A stretch of DNA of 64,000 bases, taken from assembly GCA_052168235.1 (NCBI GenBank), contig JBQLZK010000001.1, forward strand, positions 96,001-160,000. Direction: 5' to 3'. The notes below the pieces were generated by a model. That model saw nothing but the letters and a program-made list of their open reading frames with translations. It had not been told where the DNA came from and did not search any database. A program made the position numbers and the translations under genes. Of this stretch, positions 19,522 through 29,634 are shown piece after piece; positions within the stretch are counted from its first letter, which is position 1; each line of letters opens with the position of its first letter. The stretch is from Thainema sp. (GTDB lineage: Bacteria; Cyanobacteriota; Cyanobacteriia; Phormidesmidales; Phormidesmidaceae).

Positions 19522-20222
19522 GTCTGCGGAGTACCTTAGTGTTTTGGAGTTCAATCATCGTTGAATTTATTCTCGGCAGAATGACCAATCGAAACCATCG
19601 TTGTTTTACGGGACTCTCACCCCTCATTTCGGCCTGATTCAGAGGAAACACGTATAATTTCGGAAAACCGCACTCAAACTGCTTAACATTTCGCAACAAT
19701 TGAAGTAGCAAAAGCATAATATCGTTAAGCAAATAGCTGCTAGTTATTGCTTACAATCCTTATTTCGCAAGGCTTTCACGCATCATCCATCGGATTTGAG
19801 TCGAAGCGCTAAAGACGAGCCGACCTTTTCCTTTTGCTTTGGGAAATTTGGGAAAGCGACTTGTGCTAGTTGGGTGACCTGTCTGGATAACCCTATAGTG
19901 CCCGCATAAACTGTTAAAATCGCGACCAAAATTGCGATTGTGTCGTGCCGCAGCTTCTAAGGTTAAGCCAGATCTTAGACGTAGCTCTCAATAGGGTTGT
20001 TCGTTCTCCTAGCGGCTTAGATGGTGACGCAGGATTAAAAAACGAATTAGACGGATTTAAGCTTGATGAGGAGAAGGTTATGTTTTGTTTAGGCGTAACC
20101 TAGTGGTCTTAAAGATTAACGTTCTGATCAAGTGTTGTTGAACAGAAAATAGCAAGTCCTTAATATTTCCATGAAAACCTAACAGGTGTTGTCTAAGAGT
20201 GCATAGCACAAACACCTCAGTT

Positions 20223-23200
20223 ATGGCCACTTTAAACGGATTTGCGTCATTGCCCGCCGATACATTTGCCGATGGGCCACCGTCGGGTACCGATAATGGA
20301 GCAATCGATGCGATCGCACGTATCCAGCCTGTGTCGGGTAACGGTCGCACTGGCCCCTTTGACGGTCAGCCCGTGCAGGGATTTAGCGGTGTGCAGTTTG
20401 CCCCCAGCGGTACGGGCGATACGTTCTGGTTCCTGTCGGATAACGGTTTTGGCAATGAAGCTAACAGCACCGACTACCTGCTGCGGATTTATCAGGCTGC
20501 TCCCAGCTTCAGCGGTAACGGTGGGGACGGCAGCGTTGAAATTGAGGGCTTCGTCCAGCTCAGCGATCCAAACGGCCTGATTCCGTTTGAGATTCAAAAC
20601 GGCGATACCTCCGAGCGGCTGCTCACGGGTACGGATTTCGATATTGAATCGTTTGTGATTGATGGCAACGGCGATATTTGGGTCGGTGACGAGTTCGGCC
20701 CCTTCATCCTGCACTTCAACAGCAGCGGTGAACTACTGGCAGCACCAATTCCCACGCCCAATCCGGTTGAGTTGAATACCCTGAATAGCCAAGATCCGCT
20801 CGTCATCGGCCACCGGGGGGCCAGCGGTGATTTTCCAGAGCATACGTTAGAGGCATACCGAGCCGCGATCGCAGCTGGGGCTGATTTTGTTGAACCTGAC
20901 TTGGTGATCACCAGTGATGGAGTGCTAATTGCCCGCCACGAGCCGCTCCTGGACGACACCACCAACGTTGCCGAGGTGTTTGGCCCGGAGCGGATGTCCA
21001 CTAAAATGCTGGACGGAGTAGAAGTCACGGCCTACTTTGCCGAAGATTTTACTCTAGAGGAAATCAAGAAGCTACGAGCCGTACAGTCCCGCGATGGCCG
21101 CGATCCAGCCTTTGACGGGCTGTTTGAGATTCCGACGTTCCAAGAAGTAATTGAGCTGGTGCAGCAGGTGGAAGCTGAAACGGGCGTCCAGGTTGGTATC
21201 TACCCGGAAACCAAGCACCCCACCTTCTTTGATCAGCAGGGGCTGTCGCTGGAAGAGCCGCTGATTGAAACGCTACAGGCAACGAGCTTCACTGACCCCA
21301 ACCGCATCTTCATTCAGTCCTTTGAGTTCCAAAACCTGATTGAGCTACAGGGCATGCTGGATGCAGAGGGTTTGGGCGATATTCCGCTGGTGCAGCTCTA
21401 TGGCAGCACGCTACCGGATGCGCCCGTGGATGATGGGTTCTCGGCTCCCTACGACATTCGCTTCAACGTTGAGCAAGGTAACGACCTGGAGGCCATCTAC
21501 AGCGCGGATTTCCTGGCAGCAGCGAAAAATCCACTATCGACCACAACGGTTTACAGCGATCTCGATAGCCCAGAATTCCTGCAGGTGATCAGCGATCTCT
21601 ATGCCGAAGGTGCTGGCCCCTGGAAAAACAACATTTTGCTGCGCGAGAGCCTGGATACGCCTGTCGATGGCAATGGCGATGGCGTGGCTGAAATCACGAC
21701 GCAGCTGACGGGCGAGATTACCTCATTCATTGACGATGCCCATGCCGCTGGGCTGCAGGTGCATCCCTACACGCTGCGGGATGAAGAGCCGTTCCTGACG
21801 CTGAATCCGGACGGCACGCCGCAAACCCCAGAACAGGAGTTTGAGCAGCTGATCGAGATTGGGGCGGACGGCTTCTTTACCGACTTTCCTCGCACGGGTG
21901 ATCCGGTGCGCGATCGCATTGTTGCCGATGAAGTCCGCTCTCCCCAAAATCCGGACTTTGACTTCAATACGCTCAACGGTCAAACGCCGCTGGTCATTGC
22001 CCACCGGGGTGCCAGCGGTGACTTTCCAGAGCACACCCTGGAAGCCTATCGCCTGGCGATTTACCAGGGAGCCGACTTCGTTGAGCCAGATTTAGTGATC
22101 ACAAAGGATGGGGTGCTAATTGCCCGCCACGAGCCGCTCCTGGACGACACCACCAACGTTGCCGAGGTGTTCGGCCCGGAGCGGATGTCCACCAAGATTC
22201 TAGACGGTGAAGCAGTTACCGCTTACTTTGCCGAAGACTTCACGCTGGCTGAAATCAAGCAGTTGCGAGCTGTGCAGCCTCGTTCCAATCGGAATCAGGA
22301 GTTCAATGGTGAGTTCGAAATTCCCACCTTTGCCGAAGTCATCCAACTGGTGCAAGAGGTCAGCGCGGCAGTGGGTCGCAACATCGGCATCTACCCCGAA
22401 ACCAAGCATCCCACCTTCTTTGATGAGCAGGGGCTATCGCTGGAAGAGCCGCTGGTGCAAACGCTGCTTGATACCGGATTCACTAATCGCGATCGCATTT
22501 TTATCCAGTCGTTTGAAGTCGCTAATCTGATTGAGTTACGCAATGAGCTTCTGCCTGCGGCGGGACTGGATGATCTGCAACTGGTGCAGCTTTTCGGCGA
22601 TATCGAAGATACGTCGATTAACGCAGGTGGCGGCGGGTTTTCAGTTCCGTATGACTTTGTCGCCAATGCGGGCAAGTCTGAAACCGAACTGCGCCAGATC
22701 TACGGTGACTTAGTAGATCTGATTGATTTCTCCGCCGCTCCTACCTATCAGGATCTGGCTAATCAAGCAGTCATTGACTTTATTAGTTCCTACGCCGAAG
22801 GTCTTGGCCCCTGGAAAAACAGCATCCTGCTGCGGGAACCGTTGGCGACTCCAGTGGACGGCGACGGCGATGGCGTCGCTGAGATCACCACGCAGCTCAC
22901 GGGTGAAATCTTTCCGCTGATTGACTTTGCCCACAATGCCGGATTACAGGTGCATCCCTACACGCTGCGGGATGAAGAGCAGTTTCTGACACTGGATGCA
23001 GACGGCAATCCCCAAACCACAGGCGATGAGTTCCGACAGCTCATTGAAATTGGCGCAGACGGCTTCTTTACCGATTTTCCAGAAACCGGACGAATCGTTC
23101 TAGAACAGTACGAGACGGCAGAAGAGTTTGCCAACCTCGGCGGTTCGCGCGGCTACGAAGGCATGGCGTTTAGCCCCGATCGGCTGACGCTCTACCCCAT

Positions 23201-24248
23201 GCTGGAAGGTACCGTCTTTGGCGATCCAGTCGGCTCATTACGGATCTATGAGTTTGATGTCACCACCCGTTCATTCGTTGACATCGTCGGTCTCTACCAG
23301 ATGGAGGCCACAAACCACGCCATTGGAGACTTTACGCCGATCAACGAGAATGAATATCTGGTGATTGAGCGGGATAATAATCAGGGTGCAGGCGCGGAGT
23401 TCAAGAAAATCTTCAAGGTCGATCTGTCTCAGGTGGATGAAGACGGGTTCGTCGAGAAAACCGAAGTGGTTGATCTGCTCAGCATTGCTGACCCCAATGA
23501 CCTGAATGGCGATGGTGACACCACGTTTACCTTCCCCTTCGTCACGATTGAAGACGTGCTGGTAATTGACGAAAGCACCATTTTGGTGGCGAACGATAAT
23601 AACTATCCGTTTTCTATCGGTCGCGATTTCTCTGGTCAGGAAATTGACAACAACGAGATTATTCTAATTGGTCTCGATAACCCGCTGGATCTGGATTTGC
23701 GGCTGGGATCAGCATCCCTCACGCGGGACATCACTCAGGGATCGCGCGAGGCCGATATCCTAGCAGGCGGCACTGATGGCGATGACGTCATGTTTGGCAG
23801 CGATGGCGACGATATCCTGCGCGGTGACCTCAATTCATCGAACTCTCAAAATGGCATTGGCGACAATGACACCATCTTTGGCGAAGGCGGCAACGACAGG
23901 ATCGGCGGCAAAGGCGGTAACGACTCGCTGTTTGGCGGTGAAGGCAATGACAAGATCTGGGGCGATGATGGCGATGACCTACTGCACGGTGGTCTCGGCA
24001 GCGATCGCTTAATGGGTGATTCTGCCGGAGGCCACGGTAGCGACACCTTCGTCCTCGCCTTAGGTGAAGGCACAGACCGAATTGTAGACTTTGAAGTGGG
24101 CACGGACTTCATCGGTTTGGCGGATGGTCTAGAGTTTGGCGTACTGTCCTTTGCTGGAAACGCCATTTTAGCGGGTAGCGAAACGCTAGCTATCCTGAAT
24201 GGCGTAAATACCACAACCCTGAGTGAACTATCATTCGTGGTGGTTTAG
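20223..24248 (+). CDS. Secreted multidomain protein: phytase-like/esterase-like propeller with two nested glycerophosphodiester phosphodiesterase domains + RTX tail
   Basis: Two HRGASG...PEHTLEAY...EPDLV...YPETKHP units; QPVQGFSG, LSDNG, DEFGP, GYEGMA, NDNN propeller motifs; GGxGxD repeats. Confidence 0.88.
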   Translation: MATLNGFASLPADTFADGPPSGTDNGAIDAIARIQPVSGNGRTGPFDGQPVQGFSGVQFAPSGTGDTFWFLSDNGFGNEANSTDYLLRIYQAAPSFSGNGGDGSVEIEGFVQLSDPNGLIPFEIQNGDTSERLLTGTDFDIESFVIDGNGDIWVGDEFGPFILHFNSSGELLAAPIPTPNPVELNTLNSQDPLVIGHRGASGDFPEHTLEAYRAAIAAGADFVEPDLVITSDGVLIARHEPLLDDTTNVAEVFGPERMSTKMLDGVEVTAYFAEDFTLEEIKKLRAVQSRDGRDPAFDGLFEIPTFQEVIELVQQVEAETGVQVGIYPETKHPTFFDQQGLSLEEPLIETLQATSFTDPNRIFIQSFEFQNLIELQGMLDAEGLGDIPLVQLYGSTLPDAPVDDGFSAPYDIRFNVEQGNDLEAIYSADFLAAAKNPLSTTTVYSDLDSPEFLQVISDLYAEGAGPWKNNILLRESLDTPVDGNGDGVAEITTQLTGEITSFIDDAHAAGLQVHPYTLRDEEPFLTLNPDGTPQTPEQEFEQLIEIGADGFFTDFPRTGDPVRDRIVADEVRSPQNPDFDFNTLNGQTPLVIAHRGASGDFPEHTLEAYRLAIYQGADFVEPDLVITKDGVLIARHEPLLDDTTNVAEVFGPERMSTKILDGEAVTAYFAEDFTLAEIKQLRAVQPRSNRNQEFNGEFEIPTFAEVIQLVQEVSAAVGRNIGIYPETKHPTFFDEQGLSLEEPLVQTLLDTGFTNRDRIFIQSFEVANLIELRNELLPAAGLDDLQLVQLFGDIEDTSINAGGGGFSVPYDFVANAGKSETELRQIYGDLVDLIDFSAAPTYQDLANQAVIDFISSYAEGLGPWKNSILLREPLATPVDGDGDGVAEITTQLTGEIFPLIDFAHNAGLQVHPYTLRDEEQFLTLDADGNPQTTGDEFRQLIEIGADGFFTDFPETGRIVLEQYETAEEFANLGGSRGYEGMAFSPDRLTLYPMLEGTVFGDPVGSLRIYEFDVTTRSFVDIVGLYQMEATNHAIGDFTPINENEYLVIERDNNQGAGAEFKKIFKVDLSQVDEDGFVEKTEVVDLLSIADPNDLNGDGDTTFTFPFVTIEDVLVIDESTILVANDNNYPFSIGRDFSGQEIDNNEIILIGLDNPLDLDLRLGSASLTRDITQGSREADILAGGTDGDDVMFGSDGDDILRGDLNSSNSQNGIGDNDTIFGEGGNDRIGGKGGNDSLFGGEGNDKIWGDDGDDLLHGGLGSDRLMGDSAGGHGSDTFVLALGEGTDRIVDFEVGTDFIGLADGLEFGVLSFAGNAILAGSETLAILNGVNTTTLSELSFVVV

Positions 24249-24314
24249 GATTTGCCTAAACTGCTGAGATCAAGACGTTGATCACCAATTCATAAACTCG
24301 CAATACGATTCTGG

Positions 24315-24342
24315 GGGGCACGGCGACGCCGTGCCCCTGTAC
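24315..24342. repeat. REP-like GC-rich hairpin
   Basis: ggggcacggcg-a-cgccgtgcccc followed by tgtac; resembles the REP at 10902. Confidence 0.65.
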
Positions 24343-24347
24343 TTTAT

Positions 24348-24457
24348 CTCATACCGAACTCGACTAGAAAAAAGCCGAATTATTTTTTGTGAAAGTCAGG
24401 TTATGCCTGACTTTCACAAAAAATAAAGGCTGGATTTATGAGCAAATTTTGTATCAG
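24348..24457. mobile_element. TIR-flanked long-palindrome miniature element (21-bp arms)
   Basis: Degenerate TIR ctcataccgaactcg / caaattttgtatcag (10/15); perfect arms 24380-24400 and 24406-24426. Confidence 0.6.
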
Positions 24458-24492
24458 TCGTTCAATTCTAAAATTCAAGACATAATGTCTGA

Positions 24493-24533
24493 ATAAACCA
24501 GCCTTTAACTTCAACGACTCTAGTCTTTAACTT
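24493..24533 (+). promoter_or_regulatory. Candidate Pho box (SphR/PhoB)
   Basis: ataaacca (24493), tttaactt (24504), tttaactt (24526): YTTAAYYW-like units in 11-bp register upstream of a phytase gene. Confidence 0.55.
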
Positions 24534-24643
24534 GAGCTGATATTGTCGTCTGCGGAGTGGAAACACCGAATCATCCAGTATTTTTCCTCACACCGAATAG
24601 GTTAAGTGTTTCTCCCTGATAAACGACATGTGAGCCCCTTCCT

Positions 24644-27600
24644 ATGACTGGTGAAATCCGTTTTGCAAGCTTCAATGCCTCTCTCAATCGTTCCAGTGCT
24701 GGCCAGTTAATTGACGACTTATCCACACCGAATAATGCTCAAGCTCAAGCCGTTGCTGAGATTATTCAACGCACTAATCCAGATGTGCTGCTGATTAACG
24801 AGTTTGACTACGACGAGAACGGCGAGGCAGCTGATTTATTTCGAAAAAATTATTTAGCAGTCAGCCAAAACGGTGTTGACCCGGTTGAATATCCTTACGT
24901 CTACATTGCACCTTCTAATACAGGCATTCCTTCGGGCTTTGATCTCAATAATGACGGCACAGTTGGTGGCCCGGATGATGCGTTTGGCTTTGGCTTTTTC
25001 CCTGGCCAGTTTGGTATGGTGGTTTACTCCAAGTACCCAATTGATGAAGCCAATGTGCGGACGTTTCAGAACTTTTTGTGGAAAGACATGCCAGGGGCGC
25101 TGCTGCCCGCCGATCCGGCAGATGTAGATGACAACGGCGATACGGCTAACTGGTATACCCCAGAGGAATTAGAAGCAGTTCGCCTCTCATCTAAAAGCCA
25201 CTGGGATATTCCAATTCAAGTCAATGGCGAAACCATTCACGTTCTGGCTAGTCATCCCACTCCGCCTGTATTCGATGGGCCAGAAGATCGCAACGGGACA
25301 CGCAACTTTGACGAGATTCGATTTTGGGCAGACTACATTGACGGAGCCAACTATATCTACGATGATGCCGGAAACTTCGGTGGTTTAGACTCCAATGCTC
25401 GCTTCGTTGTCATGGGCGATCAAAACTTCGATCCGTTTGATGGCGATAGCATTCTCGGTGCAATTCAGCAGCTTTTAGAAAATCCCCGCGTCAATACGAC
25501 GGTCACGCCGTCCAGCCTTGGTGGGCCAGATGCTACCAAGAGGCAGGGCAGCAATAACCTCAGTCATCTCAGCGATCCGGCTTACGACACGGCAGACTTT
25601 GGTGAAGCGGAGTTTGGTGGCCCTGGCAATTTGCGAGTTGACTATGTGTTGCCGTCCAATAACCTGGATATCGCTGAAGCATCGGTGTTCTGGCCAGAAG
25701 CAGGCGGTGAGAACTTTGATTTAGTAGGGGATTTCCCCTTTCCCAGTTCTGATCACCGATTGGTTTACGCTGATGTTGCGATCGCACGTCCTGGTTCTAA
25801 CCAAGATCGGGTTTCAGTAGATGGGGTTGAGTTTCTGGGTGAAGTCACCTTTGCGACGGGCACTGAGCTGAATGACACTGAAATTGGTGGACTGTCGGGG
25901 CTGACCTATGATGCAGCTCAGGGTGTGTACTATGCGCTATCGGATGACCGCAGTTCTGATGCTCGCTTCTATACGCTGGAGATTGATCTGAGTGACGGTA
26001 GCCTGGATGAGGGAGATATCGAGTTTGTAAGCGTAGCTCAACTTGCCGATGCAGCAGGCAATCCATTTGCTGATGGCACGTTAGATCCAGAAGGAATTGC
26101 GCTGACGGGAATTGGTACGCTCTACATCTCGTCTGAAGGAGATGCCAGCCAACTGATTGATCCATTTGTCAATCAGTTCTCGATTACCGGACAGCAGATC
26201 AGCGAGCTGCCCGTACCCGACACCTATTTACCGACTGCGGATCAGACCAGCGGCATTCGCAACAACCTGGCGTTTGAAAGCTTGACCATCACACCGGATC
26301 AGCGTTTCCTCTATACGGCTACTGAAAATGCGCTGTTTCAGGATGGCTCCGAGGCAACACTCGACACAGGCAGCCTCAGCCGCATTCTCAAATATGACCT
26401 CACCACTGGGGAACCTGTGGCCGAGTTTGTCTATGAAGTTGATGCCGTGCCCGATGTGCCCGTTTCGGCTGACGGCTTTACGACCAATGGCCTGGTTGAA
26501 TTACTCGCAATCGACAATAACGGCACCCTGCTAGCGCTGGAGCGCGGCTTTTCGGTTGGGGTTGGTAACACGGTCAAGCTCTATCAGGTGAACACCCAGG
26601 GGGCGCTGAATGTCCTGGATACCCCGGATCTGTTCCGGGAAGACTCTGTGGAAGACGATGGTGAAATTTTGCCGCCAGGGCCGTTTGAAGTTGATCCAGC
26701 TGTAACCAAGGTCGAACTGCTGGACATTGAAGCAGACTTAGGGATTGAGCCGGACAACATTGAGGGCATGACCTTGGGGCCTGTTTTACCCGATGGTCGC
26801 CAGTCTCTCATTTTGGTCAGCGACAACAACTTGAGTGATGCTCAAACGACCCAGTTTATTACTCTAGCTCTGGACTTGGAGACCACACCAGCGGCACAGC
26901 CAGTGGTTGAAACGCCGCTGACGGTTGACGATGAGGACGGTGCGACGCCGCTTCAAGGCGACTCCGACGATCCAGCGATTTGGGTGCATCCCACTGATCC
27001 CGCTCAAAGTGTGGTGCTGGCTACGCTGAAAGATGGTGGCTTGGTCAGCTTCGACCTAGAGAGCAATATCCTCGATACCTTTCGCCCCGATAACTATGGC
27101 GATATTCGCTATAACAATGTCGATTTGGTTTACGGCCTGGAGCGCCCGTCGATGCTGGGCGGCACAACGCCCGTTGATGTTGCTGTCATTAGCGATCGCG
27201 CCAATGATACGCTCGTTGTGCTGCAAATTGATCTGGAAACGGGAGATCTGACCGATGTTACTGCTCCCGATATGCTGGAAACCATCTTCGGCGTAGACGA
27301 TGGTGAAACGACGGCCTATGGCTTAGCGACCTATACCAGCCCAGTGACCGGAACGTCCTATGCGTTTGTCACTCAGGCCAGTGGTAACCAGGTTGCTCAG
27401 CTTGAACTGGTATCCTATCTAGGGCCAGCAGATCAGTTCTATGTCCGAGCCGAAGTAGTGCGGATGATTGATTTGCCTGTGCCAACAGGTGATCCAGTTG
27501 ATTCCCAGTCCGAAGGTTTAGTCGTTGATCAGGAAATGGGACTGCTGTACGTGGCCCTGGAAAACGAGATCGGCATCCTCAAATTTTTGGCTGAACCCGA

Positions 27601-28621
27601 TGGCGGCGATGACTACGCGGTTGTGCAATCGATTGGCGCAGACTATTTAGTACCCGACATTGAAGGACTAAACATCTACTACGGGCCTGACGGGACTGGC
27701 TATCTGATTGCTAACAGTCAGGGTGATTCGTCCTATGCCGTCTTCAGCCGCGAGGGCATGAACGAATATCTCGGCAGCTTTATCGTTGGCGGCAATGGCG
27801 ATATCGATCAGGTAAATGAATCGGATGGCCTGGACGTGAGCAACGTGCCACTCGGCCCTAACTTCCCGAATGGCTTGCTAGTGCTACAGGATGGTGCCAA
27901 CGATCCGCAGAATGTGGTCGAAGATGACACCGAGCTAGAAAACAACAGCACCAACTTCAAATTCGTTCCCTGGGAAAATGTGGCTAATACCTTCGACAAT
28001 CCGCTCTTAGTAGATCCCAGCAGTTATGACCCCCGTCATCCCCAAAGCCTGATCCGTAGCGGCACCAACGCAGATGACGAGCTAGAAGGCGATGGCAGTA
28101 ATATGACGCTGGCTGGCTACGCTGGAGACGATGCGATCGCAGGTGGCCTTGGTAACACAACTATTTTTGGTGGCGATGGGGATGATGTTTTGAGGGGCGA
28201 TCTCAACTCCCGTCAGTCCGGCGGTAGCGTTGGTGGCGACGACACTATATTTGGCGGCGACGGCGATGATCGGATCGGTGGTAAAGGCGGCAATGACTCA
28301 CTGTTTGGCGGTGCTGGCAATGACCAAATTTGGGGCGATGACGGTGATGACCTGCTGCGCGGCGGCCTTGGCAGCGATCGCTTAATAGGCGATTCCGCTG
28401 GTAGCCAGGGTAGCGATACCTTTGTCTTGGCGCTAGGTGAAGGCACAGACCGAATTGTGGACTTCGAAGTGGGCACGGACTTCATCGGTTTGGCGGATGG
28501 TCTAGAATTTGGCGCACTGACCTTTGCCGGAAATGCAGTTCTAGCTAATGGTGAAATGTTGGCCATACTGAATGGCATCAATACGGCAACATTGACTGAA
28601 TCATCATTTGTAGTGGTCTAG
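24644..28621 (+). CDS. Secreted multidomain phosphatase: EEP (endonuclease/exonuclease/phosphatase) + phytase-like propeller + beta-propeller phytase + RTX tail
   Basis: SSKSHWD, HPTPPVFDG, GDQN, LRVDYVLP, SSDH; GGLSG, DPEGI, FESLT; DDPAIW, YNNVD, DIEGL; GGxGxD repeats. Confidence 0.88.
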   Translation: MTGEIRFASFNASLNRSSAGQLIDDLSTPNNAQAQAVAEIIQRTNPDVLLINEFDYDENGEAADLFRKNYLAVSQNGVDPVEYPYVYIAPSNTGIPSGFDLNNDGTVGGPDDAFGFGFFPGQFGMVVYSKYPIDEANVRTFQNFLWKDMPGALLPADPADVDDNGDTANWYTPEELEAVRLSSKSHWDIPIQVNGETIHVLASHPTPPVFDGPEDRNGTRNFDEIRFWADYIDGANYIYDDAGNFGGLDSNARFVVMGDQNFDPFDGDSILGAIQQLLENPRVNTTVTPSSLGGPDATKRQGSNNLSHLSDPAYDTADFGEAEFGGPGNLRVDYVLPSNNLDIAEASVFWPEAGGENFDLVGDFPFPSSDHRLVYADVAIARPGSNQDRVSVDGVEFLGEVTFATGTELNDTEIGGLSGLTYDAAQGVYYALSDDRSSDARFYTLEIDLSDGSLDEGDIEFVSVAQLADAAGNPFADGTLDPEGIALTGIGTLYISSEGDASQLIDPFVNQFSITGQQISELPVPDTYLPTADQTSGIRNNLAFESLTITPDQRFLYTATENALFQDGSEATLDTGSLSRILKYDLTTGEPVAEFVYEVDAVPDVPVSADGFTTNGLVELLAIDNNGTLLALERGFSVGVGNTVKLYQVNTQGALNVLDTPDLFREDSVEDDGEILPPGPFEVDPAVTKVELLDIEADLGIEPDNIEGMTLGPVLPDGRQSLILVSDNNLSDAQTTQFITLALDLETTPAAQPVVETPLTVDDEDGATPLQGDSDDPAIWVHPTDPAQSVVLATLKDGGLVSFDLESNILDTFRPDNYGDIRYNNVDLVYGLERPSMLGGTTPVDVAVISDRANDTLVVLQIDLETGDLTDVTAPDMLETIFGVDDGETTAYGLATYTSPVTGTSYAFVTQASGNQVAQLELVSYLGPADQFYVRAEVVRMIDLPVPTGDPVDSQSEGLVVDQEMGLLYVALENEIGILKFLAEPDGGDDYAVVQSIGADYLVPDIEGLNIYYGPDGTGYLIANSQGDSSYAVFSREGMNEYLGSFIVGGNGDIDQVNESDGLDVSNVPLGPNFPNGLLVLQDGANDPQNVVEDDTELENNSTNFKFVPWENVANTFDNPLLVDPSSYDPRHPQSLIRSGTNADDELEGDGSNMTLAGYAGDDAIAGGLGNTTIFGGDGDDVLRGDLNSRQSGGSVGGDDTIFGGDGDDRIGGKGGNDSLFGGAGNDQIWGDDGDDLLRGGLGSDRLIGDSAGSQGSDTFVLALGEGTDRIVDFEVGTDFIGLADGLEFGALTFAGNAVLANGEMLAILNGINTATLTESSFVVV

Positions 28622-28682
28622 CCAGTTGCTCAAAATCAGCAATCCCAAAATTCCCATCAGTCAACCGAAAAATCAGCATCCA

Positions 28683-28737
28683 TAAAAAGAAAGATACGGT
28701 TGAGAAAAACATTCCTCAATCGCACCTTTCTTTTTTA
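28683..28737 (+). terminator. Intrinsic terminator
   Basis: aaaaagaaagatacggttgag...ctcaatcgcacctttctttttt. Confidence 0.6.
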
Positions 28738-28772
28738 TTTGTCGACATTTATATTTTCGATAGCACCTTTAT

Positions 28773-28801
28773 TTTAACTTCATTTAACCTCAGCTTCACC
28801 T
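28773..28801 (+). promoter_or_regulatory. Candidate Pho box
   Basis: tttaactt, tttaacct, cttcacct direct repeats at 10-11 bp spacing. Confidence 0.5.
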
Positions 28802-28883
28802 TGATCAGGCAAACTCAAATTGTTGTGAATAAGCATGACGATCTAATTACTTCTGCACTGTTCTAACTGCTACTTTCTTACCG

Positions 28884-29429
28884 ATGGCTCTAGATAGATT
28901 TCCAATTTTCTGCTTAAGTCAGATATTTTGTCGTCAAATATTGAAAGCGATCGCAACAACAATCTTGGTGTATTGTTTGGCAGGAGGATATCAGCCAGCT
29001 AGGGCGCAGACAGATAGCATCACACTTGAAATTCCGGTTGATGGACAGGTTCCATACCACGATTTAATGAACCAGGCTGAGTTTCTATCAACGAATGCAA
29101 TCAGCCGCGAGTTTAGCCGAGACAACAGTCTTATGACAATCGAGGTCGTCGTTCTCGGTAATCGGCTCGGTGAAATTATTCCAATTCTGTCAACTACGGT
29201 TTCTCGCAACCAGTGGCAAGAAACTCCACAAGCGAGTACTTGGAGTCAGTACTATAACGCTTCCTATGCGCTGTTTCAGCGCCATGATCTTGGAGTAAAT
29301 GCAACCATAGCTCAGGCACCTAGCAGATCCGATATTTCAAATATTAGCGCTGTTCAGATTGACCGTGCTCTTGATGAAAGGCGGTTAACAGGAGAACAGG
29401 CGCAGCAATATTTGGATGACTTAGATTAG
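28884..29429 (+). CDS. Hypothetical exported protein
   Basis: 181-aa ORF with a signal-peptide-like segment ending ARA. Confidence 0.65.
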   Translation: MALDRFPIFCLSQIFCRQILKAIATTILVYCLAGGYQPARAQTDSITLEIPVDGQVPYHDLMNQAEFLSTNAISREFSRDNSLMTIEVVVLGNRLGEIIPILSTTVSRNQWQETPQASTWSQYYNASYALFQRHDLGVNATIAQAPSRSDISNISAVQIDRALDERRLTGEQAQQYLDDLD

Positions 29430-29634
29430 CTAATATCAAGCCTAATCAATAATTGGGAGTGAGATATATCGTTGCTCCCAGTCACTTAAAAGCTTTTCTA
29501 GTTTAGATATGCAGATTTAGGGTTTAGTAAAACCTAAATTCTGATCGATTTTTTCAATAGTATCGAGCTAGAAAAGATGCGATTTCCGTTTGCTGTTATT
29601 TATAACCAAGGCAATATTTGAGAGGAGAACATCA

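Noticed and set aside
20242..28581. Many short overlapping and antisense ORFs within the large genes (also across uvrB and the TamB-like gene)
   Set aside because: Shadow frames of well-supported CDSs with no protein-like motifs.
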